A stretch of 64,000 bases of DNA from a virus: the IMG/VR virus record IMGVR_UViG_3300035698_004821, positions 29,085-93,084 of that record; one strand, 5' to 3'. Each line of letters opens with the position of its first letter. The first letter of the stretch is position 1. Shown here in pieces: positions 60,271 to 64,000 of this stretch. The position numbers and the translations under genes are program-made. The notes under the pieces are model-generated. The model searched no databases. It was not told the origin of the DNA and saw nothing but the letters and a program-made list of their open reading frames with translations.

Positions 60271-61626
60271 ATGGTAACAGTAACAGACCCTGACCTCTTA
60301 GTGGACCCAACAGATATTGTAGTTGATACAGACGCTAAGACAATTCAAATTTTGACAGGCAGTGCCGTAGATAATGCTGGCGCCACTGGTGGGGTAACGG
60401 GTCAAGCTCTTTACTCTTTCCTAAAAGAAGAGTGGAAGACGAACTCGACTTATATTAGGTTTCCCTTCCCAATGGAAGCTATTACTCCTGAACAGTTCGA
60501 GTTTATTAACGGGTGGGCACCTGCTGATGACTCAACTAGAAAGTTGATTCGTACAGCTGGCTGGGCGGAAAGATCCCTCGCTGGTGTAATCGAAAGACAG
60601 TACACAGGTATTGTTTCTCTTGGCAATCTCGACATCGATGACCAACCTTACTCTAGGTTCGGTAATCTAGGAGACTTTGATTTCACCTATCCTGGACCTA
60701 TTAATGAGGCCCTGCAGATCTTTGGGGATGCGAGCAATGGCAACTTTGACTACTCAGCTGGTACAGCTCTAACCCTATTCTGTAGAGAGCAGGGCAAGAC
60801 GTACTCTACGTCAAACAACACTGCCATTGGTGCTACCACGCTAACGTACATTACGTATCGTTTCCCGTTGACTAATGCTGTTGATCTTAACATCACACAA
60901 ACTGATGCTATCATCGCAACTGGCGCACCGTACACGACGATTACTATTGAGTACTTCGGTACTGACCAGCTTTACGACGTTGATGATGAGGGTATCAATG
61001 AAGCTTACCGTTACATCATCACAGATGGCTTAGGTACTTCAACTACTGCTCAGATCTATGAGAAGATCCAATATGAGCTAAGGCAAGCCACAGACATTGA
61101 TAATGGTGGAGGTACTGTTACCGGTCGTGTTGCTGACAGCCTACTAAACTTCGTTGGTTCTACACTCGTTGGTGAAGACGGCGTGTTTATTACTGGCCTT
61201 AACAGTAACTTTTTGAACTCTGTTGACTTCTATGACTTCACAGGTATCGTAAGACGCTACCCGTTTGTCTCAGCTGGTAACATTAACTTTGGAGCCTTCG
61301 CAGGTTCTGGTGACTTCCGCTGGTGGGCTTTCTATGACAGTGTGCCAGCTGGTGACTATGGAACTAGTACCGGTGTTATCGTGCAAGATAGTAATGGTGT
61401 AGCACTTAGTGGTATCTTTGAGGGTGTCGCTCGTAGTTTTGACTACGCCTATGACTCTAATATACAGGGTGGACGAACCCAGGGTACAGACGCAGATGTT
61501 ACCCTTGTGGGTATTGGTCTGACCGGTGGTCAGTTCGCTTCTGTTGGGTTCACCATCACCCGAAGTCAGGGCATCTCTGTCCTTCTTGCTCCTGCACAGG
61601 AACGTAACTACACCAACCCAGCCTAA
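60271..61626 (+). CDS. Phage structural protein ending ERNYTNPA
   Basis: GVTGQALYSFLKEEWK..FPFPMEAITPEQFEF..GW pattern; related to the DVYSSWKKW segment of the next gene. Confidence 0.7.
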   Translation: MVTVTDPDLLVDPTDIVVDTDAKTIQILTGSAVDNAGATGGVTGQALYSFLKEEWKTNSTYIRFPFPMEAITPEQFEFINGWAPADDSTRKLIRTAGWAERSLAGVIERQYTGIVSLGNLDIDDQPYSRFGNLGDFDFTYPGPINEALQIFGDASNGNFDYSAGTALTLFCREQGKTYSTSNNTAIGATTLTYITYRFPLTNAVDLNITQTDAIIATGAPYTTITIEYFGTDQLYDVDDEGINEAYRYIITDGLGTSTTAQIYEKIQYELRQATDIDNGGGTVTGRVADSLLNFVGSTLVGEDGVFITGLNSNFLNSVDFYDFTGIVRRYPFVSAGNINFGAFAGSGDFRWWAFYDSVPAGDYGTSTGVIVQDSNGVALSGIFEGVARSFDYAYDSNIQGGRTQGTDADVTLVGIGLTGGQFASVGFTITRSQGISVLLAPAQERNYTNPA

Positions 61627-61642
61627 TAACCTATGAGCTATA

Positions 61643-61649
61643 GAGGTGA
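61643..61649 (+). promoter_or_regulatory. Shine-Dalgarno GAGGTGA before ATG 61656
   Basis: Complementary to the conserved 16S 3' tail; 6-nt spacer to ATG. Confidence 0.5.
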
Positions 61650-61655
61650 TTTTTG

Positions 61656-62153
61656 ATGTTAACTTTTGATGGCATTAACAGGTTAATCATAATAGTTCAA
61701 GGTGTAACTGACGTGAACGTAAAGGCAGACGTCTATTCTTCTTGGAAAAAGTGGGTCATGATTGATGACAATTCTAAGTTTTTACCAGCTATTAGAACTA
61801 TAGGGGGAGACCCTGCAGGGGATGGTTTTGCTGGTGACCTCTACTTCATGCAAAACAATTGGAGGGTACAGGTAGATGAGTTTGTGAATCTAAACGGAAT
61901 TCTTTACTCAGATGACTTTGATTCCCCCTACATCGTTGGCGCGGGTGGTGGCGTTGTAGCTTCTGTTTCTAACCTAGCTTTCGCAGTGGCAACGGCCGCT
62001 GCAGTAGTTGAGGCTCCAACGGTAGAAGAAATTGGAGACGAGGTAACAATAAGACTCCAAGTCATCCTAGACGCCCTAGAAGGCGTCGCCCAAGAAACAA
62101 CCGCTGCTGCTGCTTTGCGTTCCGCTAAGCTAGCCGCCGCACTGAGTGCATAA
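61656..62153 (+). CDS. Phage structural protein
   Basis: LTFDGINRLIII..DVYSSWKKW..AIRTIGGDP..YFMQNNW. ATG 61656 is favoured over TTG 61653 by SD spacing. Confidence 0.7.
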   Translation: MLTFDGINRLIIIVQGVTDVNVKADVYSSWKKWVMIDDNSKFLPAIRTIGGDPAGDGFAGDLYFMQNNWRVQVDEFVNLNGILYSDDFDSPYIVGAGGGVVASVSNLAFAVATAAAVVEAPTVEEIGDEVTIRLQVILDALEGVAQETTAAAALRSAKLAAALSA

Positions 62154-62155
62154 TC

Positions 62156-62443
62156 ATGACATTATCCGGAAGAGTAGACACACTTGAAAATCAAGTCACG
62201 TTCATAACTCAAGATCTTATTCAAAAGATAGATGTATCTACGTCGGCGACTAATAGTACGTCATGGAATCAGCAGATGGATGCTTTTGAGGATACTGTTA
62301 ATGTTCTCTCTGCCCAACTACATACTCTGCAGTCACTTTACACTAACCTTTACATGAGTGTACAGTCTCATTACTACGAGTTCACTGGCCACCGTGACTC
62401 AGCAGTCACTGGAGTGACACCAGTACACACTGGCGTGTACTAA
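62156..62443 (+). CDS. Small coiled-coil structural protein (paralog of 56268..56762)
   Basis: LSGRVDTLENQVTFITQDLIQK..WNQQ..LQSLYTNL. Confidence 0.65.
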   Translation: MTLSGRVDTLENQVTFITQDLIQKIDVSTSATNSTSWNQQMDAFEDTVNVLSAQLHTLQSLYTNLYMSVQSHYYEFTGHRDSAVTGVTPVHTGVY

Positions 62444-62460
62444 CCCCTATGTCTTAAACG

Positions 62461-64000
62461 ATGACTCTACAGTCTAAAAGCTTCTTAATATATAAGGGCG
62501 ACACTCTAGAAAACATAGCTCAGTTTCTTCAAGAAGAAATTGGGCTTAATGCTTTTCTTATCAAAACGATAAAGGGTGTTAGCCTCAGTAAAACAGTTAC
62601 TCAGATAACTCTTCTCTTCGAGAGTTACCCTACTGATATACTGGACAGCATAGCCCCTAGAGAAGGCGCTATCTTTACCACCGGTGTAGCCTCAGATGAT
62701 TTTGATCTAAGGTTCTTGTTCAATGATCCAGTCGACTTTCGATCTATCCAGAGTGGTACATTTTCTATAGATGGAGTGGGACTCGATACCGGCAGAGTCT
62801 ACCTAGATCCCGGAAGTAATGACTACTTCCTTAAGGTCTCAGCGTCAGGAGCTAACTTTCAGTCCGACGCTTTTCACACGTACCAACTTTCCACGTCTCT
62901 AAAGAGACAGGATGGGTCTACGTTTTCTTACACGCCTGTTGGCGGGTATGTGTTCCATACCCTCTCCAATGCTCACATTGGTGACTACAATAAGCCTTAC
63001 ATAGGACGCAGGAGAGGTAGTGTAGCAGTGGCCGTTGTACGTCTTTCTAAGGGCATAAACCCTCAGCAAGGTATCACAGAGTTCCTTAGCCAGAGACAGC
63101 TGTCAGACGACAGGCTGATAGCCTACACGCCCATCTCAACGAGTACGAACACCGTTGATGTCTACTTTATATACATTGACAAGCTGGAACCACAGATCAT
63201 CAGTGGATTCCCGCTAAATAACTCATTACTGCCAGATATATCAGCGCCCGGTAAGGTTACTTTTGTCTTTAACACACCACTAGACAAGGCTAAGCTGTCA
63301 GCCACTACAGGTCTCTTCTCTATTGAAGAGGGCTTCAGTACATCTACTAGTGTTCCCCCGTCTAAGGTGACTCTACTAGATGACCTCCAAACTGTAGAGA
63401 TAGATACTTCTACCTACTTCACCTCTCAGAAGATTTATAGTATTCTGGCCCGGCCTGGTATTCTGGGTCTGGGTGGGCTTGCTAAAGAGAAGCCGGAGCA
63501 GTGGACAATCCACATTGCGTCTTATGAGGGTGTCTCAACCACAGGAGAGGGAGCCACGGGTGTATCTCAGGAGCAGTTTAATATACTGGAAGCCTCCTTC
63601 GGTAACCATACTGGTGAAGAGACCATTCACTACACTCAGGCAGACATTGATATAGGTACAGGTCAGATCACTGACCTCCCACCACTAGTATCTGTCCCTG
63701 AGTACCTTAGTTTCAGCGGTACCTTTACAGGCCATACTGGGGAGACTGTCTTTCACTTTACCCAAGCTGAGATATCTATAACTGAGGGACAAGTCAGCGA
63801 TCTAGGTAACTATGCTACCGTACCTGAGCTAGGGTATGTGAGTGGCGAACTTAATACACATGTTACAGCTGAAAACCCACACTCTGTAAATGCAGCTGCC
63901 GTGGGCGCACCTACTGTTGCTGCATTCACAGGTCACACTGGTGAGACAGGCATACACTTTACTGTCGCATCTATTAGCCACGGAACTATACAGGGCGTTG
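62461..64000 (+). CDS. 3'-truncated tail fibre-like protein with Ig-like (Big_5-type) domains and His repeats; absent from the ORF track
   Basis: Translated by hand: MTLQSKSFLIYKG... is open for 513 codons to the window end. Contains PQIISGFPLNN..FVFNTPLD, GHTGExxxH(F/Y)T repeats and NPHSV. Confidence 0.8.
   Translation, partial: MTLQSKSFLIYKGDTLENIAQFLQEEIGLNAFLIKTIKGVSLSKTVTQITLLFESYPTDILDSIAPREGAIFTTGVASDDFDLRFLFNDPVDFRSIQSGTFSIDGVGLDTGRVYLDPGSNDYFLKVSASGANFQSDAFHTYQLSTSLKRQDGSTFSYTPVGGYVFHTLSNAHIGDYNKPYIGRRRGSVAVAVVRLSKGINPQQGITEFLSQRQLSDDRLIAYTPISTSTNTVDVYFIYIDKLEPQIISGFPLNNSLLPDISAPGKVTFVFNTPLDKAKLSATTGLFSIEEGFSTSTSVPPSKVTLLDDLQTVEIDTSTYFTSQKIYSILARPGILGLGGLAKEKPEQWTIHIASYEGVSTTGEGATGVSQEQFNILEASFGNHTGEETIHYTQADIDIGTGQITDLPPLVSVPEYLSFSGTFTGHTGETVFHFTQAEISITEGQVSDLGNYATVPELGYVSGELNTHVTAENPHSVNAAAVGAPTVAAFTGHTGETGIHFTVASISHGTIQGV

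Larger units (their letters stand above)
1..64000 (+). other. Virion structural (tail/baseplate/fibre) gene module of a large contractile-tailed phage
   Basis: All credible CDSs are on the + strand, abutting or overlapping. gp25-like, baseplate-J-like and hub-like genes occur in the usual order, with several >1000-aa structural proteins and a holin-like gene. No cellular housekeeping genes. Confidence 0.9.

Noticed and set aside
63473-63655. 60-aa plus-strand ORF in the track
   Set aside because: Out-of-frame overlap with the long ORF 62461..>64000.
1-64000. Stop-codon reassignment (suggested by TAG/CTAG richness)
   Set aside because: Standard-code ORFs tile the window, and TAA, TGA and TAG all end genes directly before the next start.

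Overview
This window is a continuous, plus-strand virion morphogenesis region of a large contractile-tailed (myovirus-like) phage. 34 CDSs tile it with almost no intergenic DNA, and the first and last run off the window ends. Recognisable parts are a giant baseplate-hub-like protein, gp25-like and baseplate-J-like wedge proteins, many very large baseplate/fibre proteins with glycan-related folds (beta-helix, LamG, CBM-like, GH-derived barrels), a paralogous family with one split member, a holin plus lipoprotein mini-cluster and a LamG cassette sharing a C-terminal RNYxNP motif. The main unexpected observation is in the 5'-truncated giant ORF at the tape-measure position. It carries several collinear motifs of the RNA polymerase beta' subunit (LPIPLDYLR, GKEG...ARTRLTP, HP-x8-DTDRD) followed by a C-terminal hydrophobic helix, which makes it a candidate virion-packaged two-barrel RNAP or RNAP-derived ejection protein. 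All assignments are by-eye motif recognition; no searches were run. No tRNA, rRNA, CRISPR array or mobile element was seen.
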